Of a stretch of 31,286 nucleotides of DNA, positions 1-8,809 are shown piece by piece. The stretch lies in IMG/VR virus record IMGVR_UViG_3300033407_000086, positions 1 through 31,286 of that record; one strand, given 5' to 3'. Positions within the stretch are counted from its first letter, which is position 1, and every line of letters starts with the position of its first letter. The position numbers and the translations under genes are program-made. The notes beneath the pieces are model-generated. The model saw only the letters and a list, made by a program, of their open reading frames with translations. It ran no database searches and was not told where the DNA came from. Source of the DNA: a virus. Lineage: Duplodnaviria; Caudoviricetes.

Positions 1-1
1 A

Positions 2-853
2 GTGGTTGAAGTATCCGATGTGTATGAAGTGGTGGATACACAATTGGTGGCCACACAAAACAGGCTCGACAGTGTACAAGCGCTTTTAGAAGCACAGATA
101 GCCGCTGGCGGTGGCGGCGGGGACCGCCGAATATCCGGCCGGGATACCGTATTTATCATGTTCGACGACTTGTGCAACAATTCAGGTACCGGTGCATCTA
201 CGACTTTAGGAGACTATGGGAAAACGTCTGTTGTTGTATCCACGGGCGGTGCATCAAACCACCGGGCAGCTTTTGCGGCGGATACGATGGACTATAGGAA
301 CCCGGGTATTGTTGAGCTGAACTCAGGCACCACATCCAATTCTACAGGATATGCTTTGTTGGGGTGGTACAACAGGTGGTACTTAATAGACAATGCGACT
401 GGTAGGGGAGGAGACTTCAACATCGAATGGATGGTGTACACTAACAGTACAATGGGTTCATCTGTTGACATGGGGTATTTTATCGGTTTTGGGTCGAGTT
501 CAAGCACGGTTGCCACCGATGACATAATAGCTTTTCATTATGACAGTGACGTCTCGGATAACTGGAGCATTATATCTGACAGCACTGGCACTCAGACATC
601 GGTGGATTTAGGTGCGCTTTATGAAGCCACCGCCAATACTTGGTTTAAGTTAGGTATAAGTTGGACGCTGGCAACACGTACACTGGACTTTTATATAGAC
701 GGTGATTTAGTGCACAGCATTGTGAACGAGAACATACCCAATATGTTCCGCCAACCGCTTGCAAAAGTTCATAAAAACAATACCACAATCACAGCCCAAC
801 GATTGTTCGTGGATTATTTCTATGTCGATCAAAAAATTGATCGAAGGCTTTAA
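2..853 (+). CDS. Partial (5'-truncated) virion structural/tail-fibre-like protein, C-terminal beta-sandwich (ConA/LamG-like) domain
   Basis: Open from the window edge; coiled stretch, poly-Gly linker, then Gly/Ser/Thr/aromatic-rich domain with 'WFKLGISW...LDFYIDGDLV' and 'LFVDYFYV'; lies upstream of the lysis gene. Confidence 0.5.
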   Translation: MVEVSDVYEVVDTQLVATQNRLDSVQALLEAQIAAGGGGGDRRISGRDTVFIMFDDLCNNSGTGASTTLGDYGKTSVVVSTGGASNHRAAFAADTMDYRNPGIVELNSGTTSNSTGYALLGWYNRWYLIDNATGRGGDFNIEWMVYTNSTMGSSVDMGYFIGFGSSSSTVATDDIIAFHYDSDVSDNWSIISDSTGTQTSVDLGALYEATANTWFKLGISWTLATRTLDFYIDGDLVHSIVNENIPNMFRQPLAKVHKNNTTITAQRLFVDYFYVDQKIDRRL

Positions 854-872
854 CTTTTTAAACTATCTTAAT

Positions 873-1550
873 ATGAAAAACTTTCTTTTGTTCTTTATGC
901 TTTGTATCCTATGCATTGGTTGCACCGGATCGCTGGACATACAGCCGCATGAACTCAAGACCACAAACCCCAAAGGCTGGGATGATATGGTTGCGGAATG
1001 GGATTCTATAAACCAGTACCATGTACAGTCCAGGGATTGCATAATCGGCCAATGCCCAAACAACCTTACGGTGGTCCTTTACCCGAACCAGACGGATCAA
1101 TGCGGTTGCCTTGACACAAATAATTCTTACCTGTTCTGGCATGGTGGCGGCGATTCTACTCAGGTTGACAATGGGTTCGACCCTTTCATTCTTATAGGTG
1201 ATGTATATGTTGCTCATATCCCGATAGACGTATGTAAAGACAGTAATGTGGGGATATTCTTGACCGAGAAGATAGGTTGCAGCAATGAATGCTTTAACTT
1301 CTTTGTGGCGTTTTCAGTACAAGGGCAGCCCAGTGGTTTTACTTTTGACCCTGACCTGAACATATGTGTGGAAAACCCGTTGCCAGGGCTCGGCGGTTCG
1401 GTAGGCATAAAGTATTGGGCGGTATGGGGAGGGTCCTATGGAGGCACTTCATCATGTGATCTGATCGCCAATGAAGACTGGCTGGATGATACACCAGGGC
1501 TGGTTGAATGCACAACGTTAAACTGCGGTACACCAGTGCCTTGCCAATAA
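873..1550 (+). CDS. Cys-rich putative lipoprotein
   Basis: Start reassigned to ATG 873: MKNFLLFFMLCILCIG-C resembles a type II signal peptide with lipobox; 12 further Cys in the mature part. Confidence 0.6.
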   Translation: MKNFLLFFMLCILCIGCTGSLDIQPHELKTTNPKGWDDMVAEWDSINQYHVQSRDCIIGQCPNNLTVVLYPNQTDQCGCLDTNNSYLFWHGGGDSTQVDNGFDPFILIGDVYVAHIPIDVCKDSNVGIFLTEKIGCSNECFNFFVAFSVQGQPSGFTFDPDLNICVENPLPGLGGSVGIKYWAVWGGSYGGTSSCDLIANEDWLDDTPGLVECTTLNCGTPVPCQ

Positions 1551-1573
1551 CTGACTGCCTCATATACACTCAA

Positions 1574-2035
1574 ATGACTAAAGCCTCTGATATTATGGAA
1601 TTAAGTAATAACTACCCAAAGTCGATTATGCAAAAATTACTGGACTGGGATGTGTACGTGGGGCTGGTTTTGTCGTTGGTGTCTATGGTGGTGACATTTT
1701 TATTGCCCATACGTGACTTTGTCCTATTAGCCCTGCTGCTGATATTCATAGACCATATTATGGGCGTCAAGGTATCTAAAAGGGATGGCAGGAACATAAC
1801 GGCGGATGGGTTGCAGCGGACAGTGACCAAAGGATTGCTGTACTTCTGTTTCTTACTGGCCTCGCACGCGATAACGACCGTGCTTCATGTGCCGTACATA
1901 CCTTACTTTGCGGCGCTTATGATAAGCCGTGTGGAGTTTAAGTCCATTGACGGCCACATGCTGAAACTTACGAACGTGTCCATTTGGGACGCTGTGGAAA
2001 AGCTGTTCACATTTAAAAACTTATTCAAAAAATAA
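1574..2035 (+). CDS. Holin (phage holin 4 family-like)
   Basis: Several hydrophobic helices; 'LLIFIDHIMGV..S', 'GLQRTVTKGLLY', 'EFKSID' pattern; basic C-terminus; start probably ATG 1574 or slightly downstream. Confidence 0.75.
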   Translation: MTKASDIMELSNNYPKSIMQKLLDWDVYVGLVLSLVSMVVTFLLPIRDFVLLALLLIFIDHIMGVKVSKRDGRNITADGLQRTVTKGLLYFCFLLASHAITTVLHVPYIPYFAALMISRVEFKSIDGHMLKLTNVSIWDAVEKLFTFKNLFKK

Positions 2036-2089
2036 ACGGTTCACCGGTGGCCGTGAACACTACTGTATGGCCGTGCAACCAATTAAGTC

Positions 2090-2425
2090 ATGAAGCAGAC
2101 ACAAGAGTTCATCAATGCTCTGTTCAACACCATTTCTCAGGGCGTGGAATCTTTTAAAGATGGTTTCCAGATCAACGACATTACCGATTTCGTAGATGAG
2201 GGGATGTCTTGGCCGAACGCCGTGAACGGGTTGGCGGAAGGTTTCCCAGAAGAAGCGAAGACCGCCACGGTTGAAGAAGTTGATGCAATGTTCAAAGCAC
2301 AAGAAAGCAAACTGGTTAAAGCCGGTGTGAACCCAATGCTTGTGGGTGCCATCATATCCAATATGAAAGGCATCTACTATGTCTATGCGGTACTGGCTCA
2401 GAAGGGGGAGATTATTGTGAAATAA
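2090..2425 (+). CDS. Hypothetical protein, last gene of lysis/structural block
   Basis: 111 aa ORF with ATG start, followed by a terminator. Confidence 0.7.
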   Translation: MKQTQEFINALFNTISQGVESFKDGFQINDITDFVDEGMSWPNAVNGLAEGFPEEAKTATVEEVDAMFKAQESKLVKAGVNPMLVGAIISNMKGIYYVYAVLAQKGEIIVK

Positions 2426-2460
2426 GGAATTTCATCCATTAGTACAATTTTACCATGCAC

Positions 2461-2490
2461 AGGCCACTCTTTGAACAGAGTGGCCTTTTT
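2461..2490 (+). terminator. Intrinsic terminator between convergent blocks
   Basis: AGGCCACTCT-ttgaac-AGAGTGGCCT perfect 10 bp stem running into a T-tract. Confidence 0.8.
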
Positions 2491-2852
2491 CAGTCCACGT
2501 GCTCGCACATCAGGCACCAATGGTGCTTGTCGAACATCAATGGTCTGAGCGATTTGCTGAACGACCCATCTTCGTTCTGTCCGACTCCGAACCACTGGCC
2601 TTTGATATTGCCGACAAGTTCGGTGCTGTCTTTCATCCAATCGTAGTAGTGTTTGCAGTACAGTCTATAAAGCATTGTCTCGCCCCTGAACTCCGGGACT
2701 ATGGCCATAACGTTTGGGTCAATCGTTATCGGTATCAGCGGCTTGCCGGACACCATGTCGAAGAACGACAAAGGTATGACCCAACTGGTAGGCGGTGGCG
2801 GGCATGTAATATCGCTTATGGGTTCAAGTTGTTTTTCAATCTTTATGCTCAT
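2490..2852 (-). CDS. Hypothetical protein
   Basis: 120 aa ORF 10 bp downstream of the HD gene on the same strand, ends at the terminator. Confidence 0.6.
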   Translation of the reverse strand: MSIKIEKQLEPISDITCPPPPTSWVIPLSFFDMVSGKPLIPITIDPNVMAIVPEFRGETMLYRLYCKHYYDWMKDSTELVGNIKGQWFGVGQNEDGSFSKSLRPLMFDKHHWCLMCEHVD

Positions 2853-2861
2853 AATATCCGA

Positions 2862-3359
2862 TTATGATCTTTTGTATTGATGGTAGAGTTTTAAGAAATT
2901 CACTTCGGCCAACTGTGAAGACCAAACGTCCATCAAATGGCCGCGGTTGTTGATCATGTAGTTCTCCCATTCAAACCTTCCCTCATAGTCATCCAACGTT
3001 TTTACAGCTCTATGTAATGGGTACTGTATTTTGAACTTATCGGTTATGATGGCCATAAGCTTGTCTTCCATTTCTTTGTAACCGTTAAGCCTATGCTTCC
3101 AGGGCCGTGGTATGTCCAGTAGGTACGCCTCCGAAGCGTCATGGAGCAAACCTTCAAGGTTTAAGCCGCATTTTATGTTAGCACCCACCTTCCACGAATG
3201 CTGTGCCACTGAATAGAAGCATGGTAGATTACCACCGAACCTACATTGCAGCGACAGCGAATGAGCGATGTCTTCAATGCATATAAGTTCTGGGTCGGGG
3301 TCGAACGGGTCTATGTAGTGGCCGCTGAAAGTCCGGATGCAGTTAGGGTAACGGTTCAT
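2862..3359 (-). CDS. HD-domain phosphohydrolase (YfbR/YfdR-like 5'-deoxynucleotidase)
   Basis: 'IEDIAHSLSLQCRFGG', 'YSVAQHS', 'LLHDASEAYLLDIPRPWK'. Confidence 0.85.
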   Translation of the reverse strand: MNRYPNCIRTFSGHYIDPFDPDPELICIEDIAHSLSLQCRFGGNLPCFYSVAQHSWKVGANIKCGLNLEGLLHDASEAYLLDIPRPWKHRLNGYKEMEDKLMAIITDKFKIQYPLHRAVKTLDDYEGRFEWENYMINNRGHLMDVWSSQLAEVNFLKLYHQYKRS

Positions 3360-3497
3360 ATAGCAATGTTTTTAAATGGGCAACAATTGCGGTGGCATTC
3401 GTAAGCTCACCGTAGTCTTAGGGGACATTATCCAAAAGCACAGCGAACAACACGTGCATAATGGACTTGTCCGTACCCGGCAGTAAAGGGACAGGAA

Positions 3498-3767
3498 TTA
3501 GTCTTTGTAGTCCGCCCGGTCGCCATAAGGCCCGGGCTTAACGCGAAGTGTCTCAGCCGTTATGATTACCAGCCGTTCACGGCCGGGCCTGAACCAGTGA
3601 ATCTTGTTCTGGATCATCCAAGACGCTATGGTCTCAGGCCTTGCTTCGGGGAAATACTTTTCGATATAGTCCACCTTAGTCATGTAGTCCAGTTGGTTGT
3701 CAATGACGGTCTGTTTAGTGAGTTTGCCAGTCGGTAAGCCGATGCGTTTGGGAGATTCTTTAGCCAT
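3498..3767 (-). CDS. Hypothetical protein
   Basis: 89 aa ORF whose start overlaps the resolvase stop. Confidence 0.65.
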   Translation of the reverse strand: MAKESPKRIGLPTGKLTKQTVIDNQLDYMTKVDYIEKYFPEARPETIASWMIQNKIHWFRPGRERLVIITAETLRVKPGPYGDRADYKD

Positions 3768-4281
3768 TTTTCAAATAAGTTAAAAATTCTGTGTAAGGTA
3801 TTTCAAATAAGTCTTGTGACCGATAACTTATAAGATCTTTAGCTTGAAACAATTCCATAATGCTCAACGGCTCTATGTCTGAAACGCTGAAAATGACGTC
3901 CCATGTTTTTGCTGGCATTCCATTAGACCGCAAAAACATCACTGGGGTTTGTTCTGCCCGTTCTCCGTCATTTTTGGCCTGTTTCCACAACGTATATACC
4001 AACGACCGTTTTTGGTTCTTCTGAGGATGTTTAAATGTCTTAAGATGTTTAGTCTCCACGGAAAACGGGAAATAAAAACCAACGTCCGTGCAGATCAAGT
4101 CGCCGCAAACGTTCATAACGTTCTTCCAGCGCAGCCCGCCGGACTGTGGCACTCTATTAAACTCGGACCCAGTCCATTCAGACAGGCTGTGCGCAAGAAC
4201 CAGTTCGTTTTTGTTCCCTTTTACTTTTGAGTTTATCTTGTTCGGCGGGAGACCGAACAGCTCATCATAAAGATTTTCCAT
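3760..4281 (-). CDS. Holliday junction resolvase (Hjc-like PD-(D/E)xK nuclease)
   Basis: 'NSKVKGNKNE', 'FNRVPQSGG', 'GDL', 'SVETK', 'WKQAKND'; start reassigned to ATG 4281 just downstream of a promoter box. Confidence 0.8.
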   Translation of the reverse strand: MENLYDELFGLPPNKINSKVKGNKNELVLAHSLSEWTGSEFNRVPQSGGLRWKNVMNVCGDLICTDVGFYFPFSVETKHLKTFKHPQKNQKRSLVYTLWKQAKNDGERAEQTPVMFLRSNGMPAKTWDVIFSVSDIEPLSIMELFQAKDLISYRSQDLFEIPYTEFLTYLKNG

Positions 4282-4292
4282 GATAACGGCTG

Positions 4293-4372
4293 CAAATATA
4301 AAACTATTTTTTCTTAAAATAAAATATTGGCGCAAATTTTAACCAAAAATAAAAAACTGTTTTATATATTTG
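4293..4372. promoter_or_regulatory. Divergent Bacteroidota-type promoters
   Basis: TATATTTG on the - strand at 4293-4300 and on the + strand at 4365-4372 match the TAnnTTTG -7 box; -33 boxes imperfect. Confidence 0.65.
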
Positions 4373-4401
4373 TACCTCTTACAAAATAAAATAATGGAAA
4401 T

Positions 4402-5793
4402 ATGATACAGGAATTTACGGTCGAGTTTCAATATGACCTATTGAAGTACCTGACCCGAGCGAAAGACATGAAGATTTATGTGAAGATACTGGACAGTAGT
4501 ATCTTCGGCTTATCGGAACACCAATTTATCTTCAGCCTTATCCAGTCTTATCAAGCAACTTACTTCGTAACTCCTAAAAAGAATTCACTCAAACAGTTTT
4601 TCATAAGTTCGGTCAAAGACAAACAAGTTGATGACCAGACCATCGAGTACATGAGCGGCTTGATTGATGGTCTTTACATGGATTGTGAAAGCAACGATGA
4701 GTTCTTAAAAGAGACCGTCATTGATTTTGCCAAAAGGCAGATGGTCAGAGCGGTCATGCTGGAATACGCCGACAAGATAAACGACATGGCCGACAGCGAC
4801 TATGTGTCACTGCTCAGTAAACTTAAGAAAATATCGGACCTTGGGCGTGAAAGCGAATCGCTTGTCCCAGGTCGGTACTTGTTCAAAGATTTCACGCTGG
4901 ACAGGGCAGTGACGGTGGCGGGCGTACCGTTCTTCCTCAAAGGAGTCAACCAATTGACCGCGGCACGTGGGTTCCATACGCCGCAAGTTGTCATATTCTT
5001 AGCAGCACCGAAAGGGTTTAAGACTGGGACAATGCTTAACGCAGCGGTTGACTTCGCCATATACCAGCGTAAGAAGGTGCTCTACTGTGATACTGAAAAC
5101 GGTATCCAGCAATTGGTGAACAGGTCTTATCAACAGATAGTAAGTTGCACTTATGACGACCTCGTGAGCTCTAAGTTCGATGACAAGCTGGAGCATACGG
5201 CTGCTATGGCTTTAAAGCTTGGCGGCGAACTGAGGTTCGAGTATTTCCCGCCAACAGTCTCCACGCTTGACGACGTTGAGTCAAAGATCGCTGAACTGGC
5301 AGAAGACGGGTTCGTGCCGGACATAATCTTTTATGACTACTTTGATAAATTTGGCAGCAACAACCGCAAAGCGTATGACAAACGGCTGGTCATACAGGAT
5401 GTGTACGAGCATGCAGTTAGGATCAACATGAAGCACTCGACGTTCGCCATATCGGTAAGCCAGGTCAAGCAGTCGGCGGTCGGGAAAGCGGTCATAACGA
5501 TGACGGACTTTGGTGAGGATTTTGCAAAAGCAGCCAATTCCCATGCGGCGTTCGCTATATGCAGGACTCAATGGGAGCTTGACAACGGGTACGCCCATAT
5601 CATCCCGGTCGTCCAGCGGCAGGGCCAACGGTACAAGCCGGGCGAGAACGAAGTGTTCGTTCGGATAAACGAAGAGACCATGCTGATACAAGAACTCGGC
5701 CAACACGAGTCGTCAAAACTTAGGGAAGTGCTGGGGCTGGACATCAGTGAAGCCGTGGTCATTGCGTCCGCTGACGACTTGGATGATAGGTAA
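4402..5793 (+). CDS. Replicative DNA helicase (DnaB/SF4 type)
   Basis: Walker A 'AAPKGFKT', 'VLYCDTEN', Walker B 'IIFYDY', 'SVSQ'. Confidence 0.8.
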   Translation: MIQEFTVEFQYDLLKYLTRAKDMKIYVKILDSSIFGLSEHQFIFSLIQSYQATYFVTPKKNSLKQFFISSVKDKQVDDQTIEYMSGLIDGLYMDCESNDEFLKETVIDFAKRQMVRAVMLEYADKINDMADSDYVSLLSKLKKISDLGRESESLVPGRYLFKDFTLDRAVTVAGVPFFLKGVNQLTAARGFHTPQVVIFLAAPKGFKTGTMLNAAVDFAIYQRKKVLYCDTENGIQQLVNRSYQQIVSCTYDDLVSSKFDDKLEHTAAMALKLGGELRFEYFPPTVSTLDDVESKIAELAEDGFVPDIIFYDYFDKFGSNNRKAYDKRLVIQDVYEHAVRINMKHSTFAISVSQVKQSAVGKAVITMTDFGEDFAKAANSHAAFAICRTQWELDNGYAHIIPVVQRQGQRYKPGENEVFVRINEETMLIQELGQHESSKLREVLGLDISEAVVIASADDLDDR

Positions 5794-5828
5794 AAAAAAT
5801 CGGGCAAGCTGATAGGACGCTTACCCGA
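5792..5828 (-). terminator. Intrinsic terminator oriented for a leftward transcript
   Basis: - strand reads TCGGGTAAGC-gtcctatca-GCTTGCCCGA then a T-run; stem is complete (one G.U) only on this strand. Confidence 0.55.
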
Positions 5829-5975
5829 CATTTTAACCACAACGTAAATGTATATATGCTTTCAAAAGAACAAGCCGCTAAAAAACGGCTTGTCTCTAAT
5901 TATAATCCCATGAACATATCCGGCGCAATATTAGACCATAGCCGCTTTATTTGTATCAGTCGGACAGGTGGCGGA

Positions 5976-6200
5976 TGTCTGAAATGACACTGAAAAATAG
6001 CCTGGTGTCAATTTTGACACCAGGAAAAAAGCTTCCTGGTGTCAAAATTGACACGTAGATACAATAATACGTATTAATAACGGGCGCAAAGCGCCCTGTA
6101 TTTAGATTTTTGTTTGCTGTTCTTTTCGAGCGAGCTCTCAAGAAAGCAAACAAAAATGAAGCTTTGCTTCAGGCATCCCGTCCATGAGCTTCGCTCAAGA
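5976..6200. other. Probable replication origin (palindromic iterons plus hairpin cluster)
   Basis: Three TGTC-N6-GACA boxes (5976, 6006, 6040), perfect 22 bp inverted repeat 6005-6026/6033-6054, four GC-closed hairpins, AT-rich flank; between helicase and HTH initiator/primase genes. Confidence 0.6.
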
Positions 6201-6307
6201 GAGAATGAATCCTTGACCGATTGGATTTTTTTTTTCACGGCCTACAAACCTTAACCAGGTTAGGCACATATTATGAATAAAAATATTTGAAAATAAGTTC
6301 TGCAATA

Positions 6308-6339
6308 TTTGTTTAAAGTAAAAACGTGTTGTAAATTTG
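6308..6339 (+). promoter_or_regulatory. Bacteroidota housekeeping-sigma promoter
   Basis: TTTG (6308-6311), 20 bp spacer, TAAATTTG (6332-6339). Confidence 0.75.
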
Positions 6340-6342
6340 CAA

Positions 6343-6471
6343 ATCGAAACTGTTAGTACAATTCTTATAGCTTATTTTGTTGATCCTGTATAGCTGCCAT
6401 TTTTTATTCAATGGGCGTTCAAGTTTAACAGTTTCGATACCTTGGCAGCTTACAGGATCAACAAGATCAGC
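6343..6471 (+). ncRNA. Structured 5' leader with two interleaved stems
   Basis: 6343-6355 pairs perfectly with 6426-6438 (13 bp); 6370-6399 pairs with 6443-6471 (~28 bp, one bulge, one mismatch). Confidence 0.5.
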
Positions 6472-6487
6472 AATAAAATATGAGCCC

Positions 6488-7126
6488 ATGAATCACGGCC
6501 AACTGGTTGAAGCGATAACCAACCATATCTTACCTGAAGACATTTCAAACAACCTACCAGATTACCTCCTACCTTACATACGTTTTAAGTCCCGAGATTT
6601 CGGTTATTGCTGGGTGAGTAACGAAGCGATAGTCAAAGACCTTGGGTTTAATTCATTACCTACTTTATACCGTTCGTTGAAACTGCTTGAGGAATCCAAC
6701 CAGATAACTCGGGTAACTGTAAGTATTGGGTCGCAGCAAGTACGCCGCATTTACCCTTACGTAATATCCGAAGGTGTCAAGAACGAATCCGCCAATGAAA
6801 TGGTAAAGAACGGTAACGCTTACCCAAATTCTCAACAGTTCAACATCACCAAGATAAGTTTCAATTCTTTCATGTTTTTTGACCAATTCACCGTTTGCAG
6901 GGACCAGTTCCTTAGCAGGGTGTACCCGTCTGCTGATTCGATAGGCATGGAGTGGAACTACATAATGCAACAGACTTTTTATGAGTTCTTATTGTCAATG
7001 TTCATTAGGCGAACGTCCGGCCAACGCATTACAGCCGATTCATGGGAGAAGTCATTCACTGCCTATTTGTCCACAAGTTACACAAATCAATTAAGCATAT
7101 TTATCCGCAACATCAATGAACAGTAA
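6488..7126 (+). CDS. Winged-HTH protein, replication-initiator-like
   Basis: 'GYCWVSNEAIVKDLGFNSLPTLYRSLKLLEESNQITR' resembles replisome-organiser HTH; start reassigned to ATG 6488 after the leader. Confidence 0.6.
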   Translation: MNHGQLVEAITNHILPEDISNNLPDYLLPYIRFKSRDFGYCWVSNEAIVKDLGFNSLPTLYRSLKLLEESNQITRVTVSIGSQQVRRIYPYVISEGVKNESANEMVKNGNAYPNSQQFNITKISFNSFMFFDQFTVCRDQFLSRVYPSADSIGMEWNYIMQQTFYEFLLSMFIRRTSGQRITADSWEKSFTAYLSTSYTNQLSIFIRNINEQ

Positions 7127-8054
7127 GGTACTTACCGTATTCGTATCAGAGTTCGATGCTACACAGTCAACAAACGGTTGGTGGCGGTTCACGAACCCGT
7201 TTGATGTAAAATCGCTGAAAGCCAACGATAGGACTATGGCTTTCAGCCCCACTTACAATTATGTCAAATGCTTTAGGACAGGCGAACGGTACACAGCTTA
7301 TGAGTTCCTTATGCGTTGGTGGTCGGCTGATTATTACAGCATGCTTGAGGAGGTCCGTGGCTACCGTGCGACCGATTTCATAAAAATAAAGAACCGTTTC
7401 CATTCAGGTGTTAACATAAGCCTTAAGTTCCCTGACCATTACGTAAGGCTTTTAAGCAAATCGGATATGTTCGCTAAACGTGCGCAGAACTACCTTAAGA
7501 ACCGTGGGTTCAATTTGTACCGACTGGACAACTTAAAGTTTGGGTACTTTGAAGATGGGCCTTATATGGGTTATATATTCATACCTTATTGGTCGCATGG
7601 CGAACTGGTGTACTGGAGCGCAAGGTCTTTTATGGATCATCAAAGGAAGTACCTTAACCCAAAGTCAGATGAAGTAAAAGTAGGTAAGAACGATATATTC
7701 TTCAATGAGGACGCATTGTACGTGTATGACGAGATAAAACTGGTAGAAGGCGCATTTGACTCGTTGTCGGTCGGTAACGAGTCAGTGGCCACATCGGGTT
7801 GGTCGTTCAGCCACATACAAGTTGACAAGATACTTAAGTCCCCGGTCAAACGGTTGGTGTTCATACCAGATGCCGGGTACTACAACCAGACCCTGAAACA
7901 GGCTTCAAGATTCGTAAACTATAAAGACACAAGCATAGTGGACGTTCGTAAGATACCAGTGTGGAGCGATGTGACCGCTTTTGGTTACAAACAATTCATG
8001 CATTATTATCCTGAACTGAAACAGCCAGTTAATTTTAACATGCTTTACATATGA
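7116..8054 (+). CDS. DNA primase (DnaG/Toprim type)
   Basis: 'YLKNRG', 'IFIPY', 'YWSARS', 'KYLNPK', Toprim 'LVEGAFD', 'FIPD'. Confidence 0.85.
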   Translation: MNSKVLTVFVSEFDATQSTNGWWRFTNPFDVKSLKANDRTMAFSPTYNYVKCFRTGERYTAYEFLMRWWSADYYSMLEEVRGYRATDFIKIKNRFHSGVNISLKFPDHYVRLLSKSDMFAKRAQNYLKNRGFNLYRLDNLKFGYFEDGPYMGYIFIPYWSHGELVYWSARSFMDHQRKYLNPKSDEVKVGKNDIFFNEDALYVYDEIKLVEGAFDSLSVGNESVATSGWSFSHIQVDKILKSPVKRLVFIPDAGYYNQTLKQASRFVNYKDTSIVDVRKIPVWSDVTAFGYKQFMHYYPELKQPVNFNMLYI

Positions 8055-8809
8055 GGAACCCAAGCGTACATATCGGTAAAGATGACTTGAAAAAAGTGTT
8101 CCAGCGTTTTGGGATTGAGGTTAAGCTGATCGAACCCTTCATGTTGGAATGCATGAAGCACCGAATAACCAACCGTGTGCTGCTGACTGGTAATAAGCGA
8201 AACATAAAAAAGATAAGCGATGCAATTGATGATGCTACGGTCGGTAAGTTTGCGGCCACATTCAAACAGTTTATGACCGACAACAAACTTAGGCGCAAAG
8301 TAGAGTCCATAACGCCGATGCATTCAGACTGGCAGTATGTAAAAAAAGCGGCTAAGATATATCTGGAATTTTGCGATGAGTTCGTCATTGACATAGATAC
8401 TGAAATGTACGACTTTATATTGTTGTCTTATAAAGTTATGGGCAACAATATCAACATAAGGAAATTCGCTTATTACCGTACACGGATATTCGATGAGTAC
8501 GAAATAATAAGTACCATAGACGACGACAGCAACCAAGATACCACAATAGCACTATTTAACGCTTATATGAAAATGCTTACACGTGAGACCACGGTTGATG
8601 TTAAAGAATTTAAGAACACAAAAACTTTTTACCATTTTGTCAAAGCTGCTGAATATGTAGCGAACCGCAGCATAAGACCAGATGATTGGATAAAGTCACA
8701 GTTCGACGCATTGTCTTATCTGGATGCCGTACCTGAACCGAACCAGATGCATGGGAAACATGCAGAAGAAAGGTATCGGCGGTATCTGCTTAAAACCAAA
8801 GTAAGATGA
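8051..8809 (+). CDS. Hypothetical replication-module protein
   Basis: 252 aa, ATGA-coupled to both primase and SF2 helicase. Confidence 0.7.
   Translation: MRNPSVHIGKDDLKKVFQRFGIEVKLIEPFMLECMKHRITNRVLLTGNKRNIKKISDAIDDATVGKFAATFKQFMTDNKLRRKVESITPMHSDWQYVKKAAKIYLEFCDEFVIDIDTEMYDFILLSYKVMGNNINIRKFAYYRTRIFDEYEIISTIDDDSNQDTTIALFNAYMKMLTRETTVDVKEFKNTKTFYHFVKAAEYVANRSIRPDDWIKSQFDALSYLDAVPEPNQMHGKHAEERYRRYLLKTKVR

Noticed and set aside
3362-3497. Possible structured leader before the HD gene
   Set aside because: Only short imperfect stems; not enough to call an RNA element
5856-6153. Small ORFs in the origin region (5856-5987 on +, 5956-6153 on -)
   Set aside because: Overlap iterons and hairpins, weak starts, no recognisable features; the + ORF cannot be fully excluded
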